Under the pieces are notes generated by a model. The model was not told the DNA's origin. It saw only the letters and a program-made list of their open reading frames with translations, and did no database searches. DNA of 64,000 nt, from the sequence record NC_061418.1. One strand, given 5' to 3'. Position numbers and translations under genes: made by a program. The stretch's first letter is position 1; the number at the start of each line of letters is the position of its first letter. This document shows positions 1 to 9,971 of this stretch, in pieces.

Positions 1-251
1 AAGTTAACTTGACTGTCGAAGATCTCTTTACGTGCCGAGACGAACAGCAGAGCACGAGCAGCGGGGGAAGACGGGCGATCAGACGACTGTGTTAATTCGC
101 GGATTTTTTCTGCAGGGACATTGCCGCCAGGCTCACGAAACACCACGACAGATTCACCACGTTCTTTCAACGCCTGTCGGAGTAATGAGACCGCTTCTGT
201 TTTCCCTGCGCCATCGAGTCCTTCAATGATCAATAGTTTTGCTCTTGCCAT
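1..251 (-). CDS. tmk: Thymidylate (dTMP) kinase, 5-prime part; runs off the window edge
   Basis: Not in the ORF track. Manual translation from ATG at 251: MARAKLLIIEGLDGAGKTEAVSLLRQALKERGESVVVFREPGG...ARALLFVSAR. It has the P-loop IEGLDGAGKT, FREPGG and LLF..AR motifs typical of Tmk. Confidence 0.92.
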   Translation of the reverse strand, partial: MARAKLLIIEGLDGAGKTEAVSLLRQALKERGESVVVFREPGGNVPAEKIRELTQSSDRPSSPAARALLFVSARKEIFDSQVN

Positions 252-261
252 GTTTACCTTC

Positions 262-843
262 TTAAATTATACCCGTTAATTCCCGTTTCCATTTAAGGAA
301 CAACCAATACCCGATGGCGATTGAATCGATGCTGTGTTCATCGAGTTCATCGATATCTAATTCGCTATCAACATACAACGTCTTTTCTGCAATCAATTTT
401 TTCACCGCTTTACGAACGGCTTCTTTGTCCCCGCCTTTACCTGGTGCACCAACCGCCTTTTTTGCCGTGGGTGGATCAACTAAAAATAACGGTAATGTAT
501 TTTTAAAATCCCAGACTGCCTCGCGCGCCATCACAATCCCTTCTACCAGAGACTGGAAAGCGGAGACAAATTTCAATTTCATGAACGCCGATTCGCAAGA
601 GACTAAGACAGGGTTAAAATAATGCAAACGTTCGATAAGGAACTCTCTGCACTTTGCATGTCGCGCACCTCGGTCCCCTAAGACCAATTCCGGACTAACG
701 TCAGTTAAGAAGCGATCAGCGTGGAAAGTCTCAGCGTGACGGAGGTAAACTTTCCCGGTATCGAGATCGTAATCTAAAATCGAAATCCCAAAACAACGAC
801 TCCCTGGGTCAATACCCATGATTCTAAAAAATTGGTCATTCAT
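262..843 (-). CDS. ruvC: RuvC-like Holliday junction resolvase
   Basis: IMGIDPGS (catalytic Asp), VSCESAF (Glu), K..V.K, DEHSIDSIAIG (Asp pair). Confidence 0.9.
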   Translation of the reverse strand: MNDQFFRIMGIDPGSRCFGISILDYDLDTGKVYLRHAETFHADRFLTDVSPELVLGDRGARHAKCREFLIERLHYFNPVLVSCESAFMKLKFVSAFQSLVEGIVMAREAVWDFKNTLPLFLVDPPTAKKAVGAPGKGGDKEAVRKAVKKLIAEKTLYVDSELDIDELDEHSIDSIAIGYWLFLKWKRELTGII

Positions 844-890
844 TGTCGTTCCTTAACACTATTTCAAAATAAATACATGGTCTATAAAAT

Positions 891-918
891 AAGAAAGGGG
901 ACCGAAGCCCCCTTTCTT
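891..918 (-). terminator. Intrinsic terminator, UUCG hairpin
   Basis: Minus strand reads GGGGGC-TTCG-GTCCCC followed by TTTCTTATTTT, just after the stop of 926..2071. Confidence 0.8.
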
Positions 919-925
919 TTGTCTG

Positions 926-2071
926 TTATTCTTCGGTTTCGATATCGTAACGCAGTGAAGCCTGACCGACAACAAACGACACCGTAGACGGCGTCACATT
1001 GACTGTCTCTGTCCAGCCATGAATAGACCGTTTACGCGTGATCGAGGTGACTCTGGCGTTAGTGAACGCGGTGGTCAATTTCGCTTTGTTCGCTTCGGTA
1101 TTCATCGTAGCCCAGTTTGCGGCAATCATGTTCACGATTGCTTTAACCAGACTAGCGTCCGTGATTTCACTGCCTACACGGAACTGCTGAATCGCATTCT
1201 GATAATCCGAGAAATCCAGAGGACGAGTCAAGACCAAGGCCGAGTAACGATTGGTACCGACACCAGTCGGATAATCAAATCCTACCAACGCACCCGTGCG
1301 CAGGCTGCTCAGGTCAATCACCGGCGGGTATTCCAAGCCATTGAGTTCGGAAGTGAAATTATTCAGGGCGATGTCACTTGGGTACTCAAGGCCATTAAGT
1401 TCTGTAACCGTGATTAACGTATTGAGGTCCTGACTTCCTGGGTACTCCAGACCGTTCAGATCAGTTTCAACAATCACCTTATCAAGATCAAAGATCGACG
1501 GGTAGTATAACCCTTCCATCGCCGTCTGACGAATTGACCACGTAATACCCGAGAAACTATTGCCTTTGAAGGCATCCAGATTATCGGTAATAATGCTGCT
1601 GAGAGAAGTTTTCGTATTACGGAGGTAAAACTCGACAGAGCCTGTCCAACTCCAGCTGGTTTCTGCAATCGGCCACGAGATAAAGATTTCTTCATCTCCG
1701 GCATCCGTGTTCAGATCCAACAAGCCGGCGGCAAAATCGCTGTCCTCAAATGGTGGTAGACCATACGTTTCACAGAGCGACGCGAGGATTTTCCGATTAT
1801 TTAATCCTGAGCCTGCCTGAACGTGTAATTCAATCCCTTTGAACAACGTTTGGAAGTTACGTTTAAACAACGAGATATCATCACGGACACCGTAATACTT
1901 GCCCGAGGTGTCTTTAACGATGAACTTCTGACGTGCCTCGAAACTATCGTATTCGCCCCTTTCAATTGATAACGTATCAACTGTGAACGCTGCGCCGTGA
2001 TCCGCGTTAGCTTTGTTGATGAGACCAACAATTTCTGCTTCAATCGTAGGGTAACCAAAAACGGTACTCAT
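926..2071 (-). CDS. Putative virion tail/baseplate-associated protein with tandem ELNGLEYP repeats
   Basis: 381 aa in the tail cluster; five copies of an L(N/E/V)G(L/F)xYP motif at about 18-20 aa spacing. Confidence 0.55.
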   Translation of the reverse strand: MSTVFGYPTIEAEIVGLINKANADHGAAFTVDTLSIERGEYDSFEARQKFIVKDTSGKYYGVRDDISLFKRNFQTLFKGIELHVQAGSGLNNRKILASLCETYGLPPFEDSDFAAGLLDLNTDAGDEEIFISWPIAETSWSWTGSVEFYLRNTKTSLSSIITDNLDAFKGNSFSGITWSIRQTAMEGLYYPSIFDLDKVIVETDLNGLEYPGSQDLNTLITVTELNGLEYPSDIALNNFTSELNGLEYPPVIDLSSLRTGALVGFDYPTGVGTNRYSALVLTRPLDFSDYQNAIQQFRVGSEITDASLVKAIVNMIAANWATMNTEANKAKLTTAFTNARVTSITRKRSIHGWTETVNVTPSTVSFVVGQASLRYDIETEE

Positions 2072-2084
2072 TGGTCACCTCCTG

Positions 2085-3002
2085 TTAAGCCAGTGAACGG
2101 ATGGTGGCCGTAATGCTGGATGTTGTAGACAGGGTCGCTACGCTATTCGAGGTCAGCATCGGTTCGTTAGCGCCCATTTCCAGCGTGATAACAAAGCCTT
2201 GGTTATCGAAGGACAGCTGGCGATACGTCGACAGCCAGGTCAATACCTGGGCGTAGATCGCTTCATTCATGTTGATTTGCGCGCCGCCCGGACCCACCGC
2301 TTGTACAGTACGCTGGATAGCGGAAACCAAACCGATCTCCGAGATAATCGCACGCTTCTGTGAACCGTAGAGAATGCTGGCGACATTATTCAGTTCCGCA
2401 ACATCGTTCTCGTCGAAAGGTACGTCAACTTCCATACTGGCAGTCAGGTACTCAGAGTTCGTTGTGGTCGCCTGGGCAGAGGTCAGCGTTGGGCGGGTCG
2501 GGAACAGGTTCGATGAGTTCGGGACAAATTCGGTAGTGGTTGCTTCCCCGTCCACTACAACGGTATGGCGCAAGGTCGGTTTCGCAGCAGAGAGATCAAC
2601 CTTTTTCAAATAGTAAGAAAAATAGTTCACGCCGTTCAGATTCTCTAATTTACGGAGACCGTAGTTCGCCCGTTCAGCAACAGAGAGATCATTGGTTTCC
2701 AGACGCATGACAAACGGGATCATGTTGAACGGCCCAAAGTCGGCGGCGGTGTGTTGCGCAGGTTCGATAATGATTTCGTTATCGGCGGTCGGGACGTTAT
2801 AATGTCCTTTATCACCGATACAGTAGTAAGCAAACGTAGGACGATCAGTGGTAGCAATTTGGGCATCGCTATTTACCGCGAGTCTTTCGTTTAGCGTGGT
2901 GTACTTTAATGCAGTCAACGGCAGGCCCGCTAACAGATGGGTCTGGAGCAGTCCGCTTAACGCCGTCCGGGCGATGAGATTCGTATTTGTGCTGGCACTC
3001 AT
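2085..3002 (-). CDS. Virion structural protein (tail/baseplate region)
   Basis: 305 aa with coding-like composition; position matches the conserved phiKZ-like block downstream of the portal. Confidence 0.6.
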   Translation of the reverse strand: MSASTNTNLIARTALSGLLQTHLLAGLPLTALKYTTLNERLAVNSDAQIATTDRPTFAYYCIGDKGHYNVPTADNEIIIEPAQHTAADFGPFNMIPFVMRLETNDLSVAERANYGLRKLENLNGVNYFSYYLKKVDLSAAKPTLRHTVVVDGEATTTEFVPNSSNLFPTRPTLTSAQATTTNSEYLTASMEVDVPFDENDVAELNNVASILYGSQKRAIISEIGLVSAIQRTVQAVGPGGAQINMNEAIYAQVLTWLSTYRQLSFDNQGFVITLEMGANEPMLTSNSVATLSTTSSITATIRSLA

Positions 3003-3075
3003 GTTTAAGTCCTATGCGAAAAATTCAATCGAGAAGAAGGTACGCCGACTCAGGACGGCGAATGTCATAAAAAGC

Positions 3076-3102
3076 GAAGGAGAGCGCTAAGCGCTCTCCT
3101 TC
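3076..3102 (-). terminator. 12-bp hairpin terminator
   Basis: GAAGGAGAGCGC-TAA-GCGCTCTCCTTC, with a T-tract on the minus strand. Confidence 0.75.
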
Positions 3103-3118
3103 CGTATCTTTTTCTTAA

Positions 3119-3655
3119 TTAGCTACCAAAGCCATCCTGGGTACCAGGGATGTCGGTGGTGTTCATTCGCGTTTCAGCGGCGGTGATGGTCAGAGTGATC
3201 GTACCGAAAAGGGTCAGGTGGTTTTCAGCCATCGTCACTTTAACGGAAACGGTACTATCTTCATTGGTGACCGGCGCGTCGACGACAATGTCACTCGCTA
3301 CCATTGAAGAGGAAAATTTATCGACCAGGTACGCTAACGCACTGGCGGCGGCATCAGCTTCGTCCCAATTAGCCAGGTCATCAGTGATCGCCTTTTCAAT
3401 AGCGTAACCCGCGATATCTTTACGGAGGTAATACACCGTTTTCGCTTCACCGTAAACCAGCGTTGAACTGGCCACCGGGGTTAACAGTACTGATGTGTTC
3501 GCGCCATCTTCACGTCCAGAAACGGCGGTGATATTGGACGCGGTCAAATCGGCGTCAGTGAATACTTCACCCTCAGGGAGAGCAGTGGTTGATTTAGTCA
3601 ATAAATCATAGAAGGCCGCTTTGGGGGTTTTCGTTAAATCTAATGAGACCGCCAT
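3119..3655 (-). CDS. Virion structural protein, phiKZ gp131-like tail family paralog
   Basis: 178 aa; resembles the N-terminal half of 3675..4529 (LI...N..FT..DL...N.T; T...Y.R.DIA); tandem arrangement. Confidence 0.55.
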   Translation of the reverse strand: MAVSLDLTKTPKAAFYDLLTKSTTALPEGEVFTDADLTASNITAVSGREDGANTSVLLTPVASSTLVYGEAKTVYYLRKDIAGYAIEKAITDDLANWDEADAAASALAYLVDKFSSSMVASDIVVDAPVTNEDSTVSVKVTMAENHLTLFGTITLTITAAETRMNTTDIPGTQDGFGS

Positions 3656-3674
3656 CGTCTATTTTCCTCTTTGA

Positions 3675-4529
3675 TCAACTTAAATTGTAGTGCAGAATTA
3701 AATGTCCTGCAACATTAGTACATAAGGTACTGTCTAAATGGATCACGACGCAACGCTCGTAGTTAGTGTTGACGTAAACGGGAGCAGAGGTTGTTAGTCC
3801 GTTAAAGTACACGGTGGCGCCAGCCATGTTCCATGCGGCGGGTGTTGGGGTATTAACCCAGGCTTCTGGAGACTTACGGTTGAGGATCGTGAGGAGTTCC
3901 CCCTCGATCAAATCACCGTAACCAAACCGCTGCATGTTATCGGCGTCGTAAGTGTAATCCTGAGCATAGAGGTAGAGCGGGCCCTGAATCTTCACTGACT
4001 GGTTTGTTGGGTAAGCTAAACCGTCGAGGTCTTTGTTCCGAATAACCGTATCGATGGCCTTTTTCGGATCGCCGATGTTGACTTCCAGAATCCCCGTAAA
4101 CGCCGGACAGGTTGGGCGAATACGAATCTGGGTCACAGTCGGAACGATGCTGAGGTTGAGTACTTCGTCGTAAATGTCTTCTGCGGCTAATTGAAAACCA
4201 AAGTTAAGATTGATCTCTGGTAACAGATCAGATTTCTTAAACTTGTTGCTGGCGGAGACATAAACGTCAACTTCAGCAAAGATTTCAGCGATATCTGGAC
4301 GGTTCCAGGTCAGGGCAATTTCCCCTTCGCGGCCCATCCCTAAGATCGCAACAAGTTTACCCGCGGTGTTGCGCTTGGGATCCCCGTTTGTATTTTCGGT
4401 AAAATTGGTCAGGCGGACCTGATCTTGCGTAAAGTCGCTTTCTGGGTTCGCTTCTTTGATCAAATCAAAGACGAGTTCGTCGGTGGGTTTATTGTAGTAA
4501 CCGTTCGGTGTGGCCATTATAGACTCCAA
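3675..4529 (-). CDS. Virion structural protein, phiKZ gp131-like tail family
   Basis: 284 aa with W.RPDIA and DLDGLAYP motifs; synteny next to the gp130-like gene and portal. Confidence 0.6.
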   Translation of the reverse strand: MESIMATPNGYYNKPTDELVFDLIKEANPESDFTQDQVRLTNFTENTNGDPKRNTAGKLVAILGMGREGEIALTWNRPDIAEIFAEVDVYVSASNKFKKSDLLPEINLNFGFQLAAEDIYDEVLNLSIVPTVTQIRIRPTCPAFTGILEVNIGDPKKAIDTVIRNKDLDGLAYPTNQSVKIQGPLYLYAQDYTYDADNMQRFGYGDLIEGELLTILNRKSPEAWVNTPTPAAWNMAGATVYFNGLTTSAPVYVNTNYERCVVIHLDSTLCTNVAGHLILHYNLS

Positions 4530-4591
4530 GTGAAAACTGTTATGTCATAACAAAAAAGGCGGTGACCCGCCTTTTCCGTAGCACAATCTTT

Positions 4592-7036
4592 TTATTCGAA
4601 AGGCAATAAAACCGACGTCGGGAAAAACTCATCGAGTAACAGCGGCTCAGTGAACCCCAAGAGTCTATCTGGCATAACTTGCCACAACTGAACACGCGGG
4701 ATCTTCCTTACCCATATACCGTCGAGAGTCGTTTCCCCTAAAACAATCTCAGGATCACGTTCGATCTTTTTCACCCAGAGACCGTCCAGATTTCGAACGA
4801 GGACTTCCGTTTGAAGCAGGTCGTCGGCTTCCGGCGGGTAAACCCAAAGACCGGGGAGCGCCAATGTTTTAATGATGTCGTCAAGAGGACGGTAATCGAC
4901 ATGGTACAGCCACAACCCATTGAGCTCGGTGTTCTTCACGTCAATAGTGATATCTTCTGTCAGACTTCCTTTAAAGCGTACCTCGGCAATCGGGATTCGA
5001 TGAATCGTTTTGATCGCTGTATCGCAAAGTAATCCGATACCCCAATCCAGTCGGTAATAGTAGTTAGCGTAGATCTCTTTAACATTGAGATCAATCGCTT
5101 TAAACGACGGGATCACCGTACTACTTTTTCCTTTCTGTTTTTGACCAATGACCTCTACACGCGAAGGCAGCTGAACTTTACCGTACCCCTTACTTTCCAC
5201 TTTACCGTAACGGACTGCCAGGTTGTCTAAAACGATACCCGGAGCAGCGATCGTTTTGTGGACGTACTGAACGCCGTAAGAAGAAAGTTGAGTCATGATC
5301 CCGATCATTGCGCTGTGAATATCCGAGATACTGATTGTCGACCGGAGATCTGAACCTGTCGCAATAGTGAATATACTCAGTGCAAAATCTGACCATTCCT
5401 GCGGGGTTGACATGGACAATGTCCAGTTCTTTTCTTTAAACCACGTCGCGTATGTTGTCGGTTGATCGACCAGCGTACAAGGTTCGTCACAATAGAATTT
5501 CCGACAGAGGACTTCCCACTCACCACGTTGGTAAAGATCTTCCATTGACGTATACATCATCCGGTGGGCTGACAAGTTCCCTTGTATAGCAACTGCCGTG
5601 GAATAAAAGGCTTCCGTAGAGATGATCGTACTTACTGAGGTCGTCTCTGTCATTGCCACTTGTATTCCGAGTTCTGTCACATACGTTTTCTGCGTTGCTT
5701 TACGCAGCTCTGAGAACGTTGGACTTGGAATACGTTGCGCGAAAAAAGCGGTCAGCTTAGGAATGTCCGTGAGCGTTATTTCAAACTGCTGCATCACCGC
5801 GTAGACCCAAAGTACCAATGCCTCCTTCACTGACATTGACATCGCTTCCTGCGAAATAGGGTCAGTTAAGATAATATTGGCAGTGTACTTTCCGTGAGAG
5901 GCGAGGTAGATCCATTCCGTTAATAACGTATCGGTCAGCTTCCGCGGCATGGCATCAGACTGGTCGACCATCACCGATTCGAGTACCTTCGTGGGGAGTA
6001 TGTTTGTGATCGCGTTTTTGACCATATTCGGCACGGTAGATTTTTGCGTCTCAAGATAATCGGCGTTATCTTTTGCGGAGTCGACTTCATTCTCTAACGC
6101 GTCTTCGATCGTGATATACTGAATACCGCTGACAGATTCAGCCAACGTATTCTGCGGGATCTTAGCCACGGTACCGGTGCTGTAAATCCCTTCGCCGATA
6201 CTTGACGTATCTTGTTGTAATTCGTACGCGGTGAGCGGGATACGTCGCTCCGTCAGGATGTTCGCGATAAGATCAACAAAGGTACTGGTTTTCCCGGCGT
6301 GCGCCTCGATGTATTCAATGTTACGGTACAGGTACAGCGCCTGTTTGAGGCTCGTGTAGTCTTTGAACTTATTGAGTCGACCATGCGACCCCAGATAACA
6401 CCAAAGATGATAACTGTGCACTTGGGGCGTTCTTACGTACCGATTTCGGATATTAATAATTTCGCCAGGAAGGTGAGAAAACATTAAACCGAAAAAGGTC
6501 GCCGGATATTGCAGTTGTACACGAGCAGGGAGCGGCATGTACCAGCGGTTGGTAAAATTATTAATCCACTCTTGCAGGTCGCTGATTAAATACACCTCTT
6601 GTGACTCAACGTGCTCTGAATCGTAATAGAGGATTTCCCAACTCTTCGCGCTCAGAATCGTCTCCATGGGAACCGGGTTGAGAATCCCACGTATCAGCGT
6701 TTCTTGATTAGGGTAACGGGAGAGTAGATTCTGATAATAACTTGTCCCGTACGCGTAGGCTTTACGCGTGGCGCGGTGTAATAGTAAGTTATCATATGTG
6801 AACTCGATCGTCTCGAGTGTATCTAAAGAAACAACCGTCATTGGGGTATCGCTGGCATGGTATTGTCCTGCCAGATTCATATAGTACGCCCATGTGCTAG
6901 GTGCACTTGGGTCGACGTTATACCCGATAAGTGAAAGGTATTCGTTACGCATCGTGGCGGCGGCAGGAAATTTAATCGTCAATGTCTGTGCCAATGCCAT
7001 AACGCTATCTAAATATAACTTCTGCGTGGTATCCAC
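4592..7036 (-). CDS. Large virion structural protein (phiKZ gp130-like, probable baseplate)
   Basis: 814 aa, divergent from the portal; YYMNLAGQYH N-terminal motif; C-terminal L(N/D/P)G(L/I)W repeats. Confidence 0.6.
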   Translation of the reverse strand: MDTTQKLYLDSVMALAQTLTIKFPAAATMRNEYLSLIGYNVDPSAPSTWAYYMNLAGQYHASDTPMTVVSLDTLETIEFTYDNLLLHRATRKAYAYGTSYYQNLLSRYPNQETLIRGILNPVPMETILSAKSWEILYYDSEHVESQEVYLISDLQEWINNFTNRWYMPLPARVQLQYPATFFGLMFSHLPGEIINIRNRYVRTPQVHSYHLWCYLGSHGRLNKFKDYTSLKQALYLYRNIEYIEAHAGKTSTFVDLIANILTERRIPLTAYELQQDTSSIGEGIYSTGTVAKIPQNTLAESVSGIQYITIEDALENEVDSAKDNADYLETQKSTVPNMVKNAITNILPTKVLESVMVDQSDAMPRKLTDTLLTEWIYLASHGKYTANIILTDPISQEAMSMSVKEALVLWVYAVMQQFEITLTDIPKLTAFFAQRIPSPTFSELRKATQKTYVTELGIQVAMTETTSVSTIISTEAFYSTAVAIQGNLSAHRMMYTSMEDLYQRGEWEVLCRKFYCDEPCTLVDQPTTYATWFKEKNWTLSMSTPQEWSDFALSIFTIATGSDLRSTISISDIHSAMIGIMTQLSSYGVQYVHKTIAAPGIVLDNLAVRYGKVESKGYGKVQLPSRVEVIGQKQKGKSSTVIPSFKAIDLNVKEIYANYYYRLDWGIGLLCDTAIKTIHRIPIAEVRFKGSLTEDITIDVKNTELNGLWLYHVDYRPLDDIIKTLALPGLWVYPPEADDLLQTEVLVRNLDGLWVKKIERDPEIVLGETTLDGIWVRKIPRVQLWQVMPDRLLGFTEPLLLDEFFPTSVLLPFE

Positions 7037-7100
7037 CGAGCAGTCTCCTCAATAGAACAATCGATTCCCCTTTTCAGAGTGAGAGAAGGATTCTGAATTT

Positions 7101-9899
7101 ATGAATAGTTACGAAAAGAAAACGGTGAATCCTACCGGGATCAAAGTTTCCAGTCGTCCACAGGATTGGCTCCAACGCACCCCTTCGGCTACGGCAATTA
7201 TGTCGAAACTGGTTCAGGATGCGGTACATCGTACGACTACACCTGGAAATGGTGTCGATGTTCCCGACCCAACGATTTTCGACCGTCTCGTCAGTCGTCG
7301 CGCCAGAAAGAACCTGGACGCAGAAACAATCATCTCTTTAGCGCCCGACATTAAATTGATTAAACAGATGATTGTTTCCACTACCCTTTCTCCGGTCGAT
7401 ATGACCCAAGGAGAGTTAGGATTTAAAACCGAGGCGTCAGAGATCCCGCCAAGCGTCCTCAATCAAGTCACAGAGGTCATACGGGATCATTTTGAGTCAT
7501 ACTACCCCTTACGCGATAAACTCCCTGAGATCATCGGAGAGGCGTTATTTGAAACAGGTGCGTGGGTCGGTGTAATTGTCCCGGAAGCTGTTATCGATGA
7601 CATCATCAACCTTCGCGAAGTCGGCAGTTATCTGGCCACGGAAAGTTTCAACGAGAAACTGAAAACGCATTTCGTTGACGGAACCTTAAAATCTGTCGGC
7701 ATCTTAGGTGACCCAGGAATTACCGATCAGGAAATCCGTGATGCGAATAAAGGTAAAAAGAACATTCGCAGTAGTGCACCGGCACCGTCTTTAGAAAGCA
7801 TGTTCTCCATGCCGGTTATGAACCCTAATCAGGTTCGTATTAATGACAGTGCCACCATCACCGATAACCTCGGAATTATGGGTTTGAGCCATATCCGTAA
7901 CCAGATTAATGAAGAGCGTTTGAGAAACAAATACCGCTACGGACGTAGCGGAGCAGGGATGGAGGCGTACCGGTCAAGAAACGGTCATAACAACGTCTCG
8001 ACGGTCGCGAGAACGCTTTACAACTCACGGTCTGGTCAAACTAGCGTTAACCCTGTTAAAGTCATTCCTGCGGCCTCAGAAGCCAGCAGAAGCAGTATTG
8101 GTCATCCGCTGGTCATTAAGTGCCCCTCAGAATCGGTGATTCCGTGTTACCCGAAAGGCGATGAGCGAAACCACATCGGTTACGTCATTGTCCTGGATGA
8201 GCTGGGTAACCCGATCAACTTAACCGATGAACTGAACCAGGCGGCCACTAATGGTCAGATCGGTACAATGGGTGCTCAGCAACAACTGGACATGACCTCC
8301 AGTTTAATCCAGCAAACCCGCATTGCGCAGAACGGTATCTGTATGGATACCGACAAAATGGCGGCGGAAGAACGTATTCGCGTCTATAACCAGGTCTTAG
8401 AGGAAAACATCCTCAACCGTATTAAAAACGGTTTGATCGGTCGTAACGTGAAGATGGCCTGGAACGAAGATATCATGCGTATCATGATGTTCCGTCAGTT
8501 TGCGAACCAACGTACTAACCTCGTCTTTGTCCCTGCTGAACAAGTCGCGTATTTCGCTTACGACTACGACAGTAACGGGATGGGGAAATCGTTGCTTGAT
8601 GACATCAAACAGGTCTCTGCACTGCGAGCCATGACCACCTTCGCTAACTTTATGGCGGGCGTGAAGAATGCGGTAGGACGAACCAAAGTAACGATGAACA
8701 TCGACCCGCGTACACCTGACCCCGAGAAAGCTTATGCGATCTTGATTGATGAGTATCAACGAATGACCAGCACCGTTACTCCTACGGATGTCAGTTCTTC
8801 GGCGGAAATGTTCCGCGTACTCAGAATGATGGGGACGACGATTGAGGTACAGGGTAACCCACGTATCCCGAATACCACTGTGGACATTAATGAGTACCAA
8901 TCTCAGAAACAGATCATTGATGAGAACTTTACCAATGATCTTCGTCGTCAACAGTATATGGGTCTCTTTGTTACACCGGCGATGGTGGACATGACTGACG
9001 AGGCAGACTTTGCTATCACCCGTTGGACGTCTAACCAGCTCTACGCTAAACGCATCATGATGATTCAAGACGACACCTGTAAGCACGGGAAGAAGCTCGT
9101 CAGATCATACGTGAACTCGGACGGTGTTTTAATCGGACGTATTCAGAAGATCTTTGCCGAGAACAACGATAAGCTCCCTGAAGAATATCGTCTCGATAAA
9201 GAAAGTCAAATCCCGGAAGATTTAAAATACCTCGATGCGATCGACGCTTATTTTGACGCATTCTACCTTGAGTTACCTCGTCCGGAAAATAACCGGATTG
9301 AGAAACAAAAAGAAGAATTCGACAAAGTGAAAGATATGATTGACGACATTGTCGACTGTTACATCTCGAGCGAACTTCTGGGGGCATTTGCACCGGAAGA
9401 TCAATCTAAGATCGATATGCTCAGGGCACACATGACAGCGTACCTGAAACGCGACTGGTTACAGAGTCAAGGCTTCGATATGGGCTTTGTGAAGATCCTG
9501 TCGCCGGTCACGGAAGAAGATCCATCGCTGGATATGATCAAAGTCTTTACTACCGACATTGTCAATATGCTGCATAACTTTGGCGATTTCAGTTCGGCAT
9601 TGGCGGCCACCCGTGACGCGTTACTGAAACGGATGGAAGTAGAGAACCCGAAACAACATGAGATCCTTACAGCCAATAATGACGCTGGCGGCGGTTGGGA
9701 CAATGGCAGTTCCGGAAACGATTGGGACAACAACGATTCCGGTGGTGGCGACGCCTTTGGCGGTGGCGACTTCGGTTCCTTCGAAGATACCGAGGAAGAT
9801 CCTTTCGCCACGGACGAGTTAGAAGGAGGAGGAGAAACTTCCACTGAAGAGGAAGCAGATCCTTTCGCTACACCAGAAGAAACAAACGGACCTGAATAA
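7101..9899 (+). CDS. Portal protein (phiKZ gp129-like)
   Basis: 932 aa; conserved position between the nvRNAP-beta block and the gp130-like gene; candidate prohead-protease sites LATE-SF, PSLE-SM and AGME-AY; acidic disordered C-tail. Confidence 0.7.
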   Translation: MNSYEKKTVNPTGIKVSSRPQDWLQRTPSATAIMSKLVQDAVHRTTTPGNGVDVPDPTIFDRLVSRRARKNLDAETIISLAPDIKLIKQMIVSTTLSPVDMTQGELGFKTEASEIPPSVLNQVTEVIRDHFESYYPLRDKLPEIIGEALFETGAWVGVIVPEAVIDDIINLREVGSYLATESFNEKLKTHFVDGTLKSVGILGDPGITDQEIRDANKGKKNIRSSAPAPSLESMFSMPVMNPNQVRINDSATITDNLGIMGLSHIRNQINEERLRNKYRYGRSGAGMEAYRSRNGHNNVSTVARTLYNSRSGQTSVNPVKVIPAASEASRSSIGHPLVIKCPSESVIPCYPKGDERNHIGYVIVLDELGNPINLTDELNQAATNGQIGTMGAQQQLDMTSSLIQQTRIAQNGICMDTDKMAAEERIRVYNQVLEENILNRIKNGLIGRNVKMAWNEDIMRIMMFRQFANQRTNLVFVPAEQVAYFAYDYDSNGMGKSLLDDIKQVSALRAMTTFANFMAGVKNAVGRTKVTMNIDPRTPDPEKAYAILIDEYQRMTSTVTPTDVSSSAEMFRVLRMMGTTIEVQGNPRIPNTTVDINEYQSQKQIIDENFTNDLRRQQYMGLFVTPAMVDMTDEADFAITRWTSNQLYAKRIMMIQDDTCKHGKKLVRSYVNSDGVLIGRIQKIFAENNDKLPEEYRLDKESQIPEDLKYLDAIDAYFDAFYLELPRPENNRIEKQKEEFDKVKDMIDDIVDCYISSELLGAFAPEDQSKIDMLRAHMTAYLKRDWLQSQGFDMGFVKILSPVTEEDPSLDMIKVFTTDIVNMLHNFGDFSSALAATRDALLKRMEVENPKQHEILTANNDAGGGWDNGSSGNDWDNNDSGGGDAFGGGDFGSFEDTEEDPFATDELEGGGETSTEEEADPFATPEETNGPE

Positions 9900-9905
9900 A
9901 AAAAA

Positions 9906-9961
9906 AAGAGGGCACAAACCCTCTTCCCTCCCACAGAGAGCGAAAGCTCTCTGTGGGAGGG
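9906..9961. terminator. Double hairpin at a convergent junction (bidirectional terminator)
   Basis: AAGAGGG/CCCTCTT (9906-9925) and a perfect 16-bp stem CCCTCCCACAGAGAGC-GAAA-GCTCTCTGTGGGAGGG (9926-9961). Confidence 0.8.
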
Positions 9962-9971
9962 TTATTACCGA

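Noticed and set aside
32-229. 65-aa plus-strand ORF
   Set aside because: Shadow of the thymidylate kinase gene on the minus strand
1320-1520. 54-60-nt periodic repeats as a possible CRISPR-like array
   Set aside because: The repeats are degenerate at third codon positions and encode a protein motif; no CRISPR array or cas gene was seen in the window
8397-9934. Antisense ORFs of 229, 97 and 155 aa within the portal gene
   Set aside because: Shadow ORFs of a long coding region with a low-complexity tail
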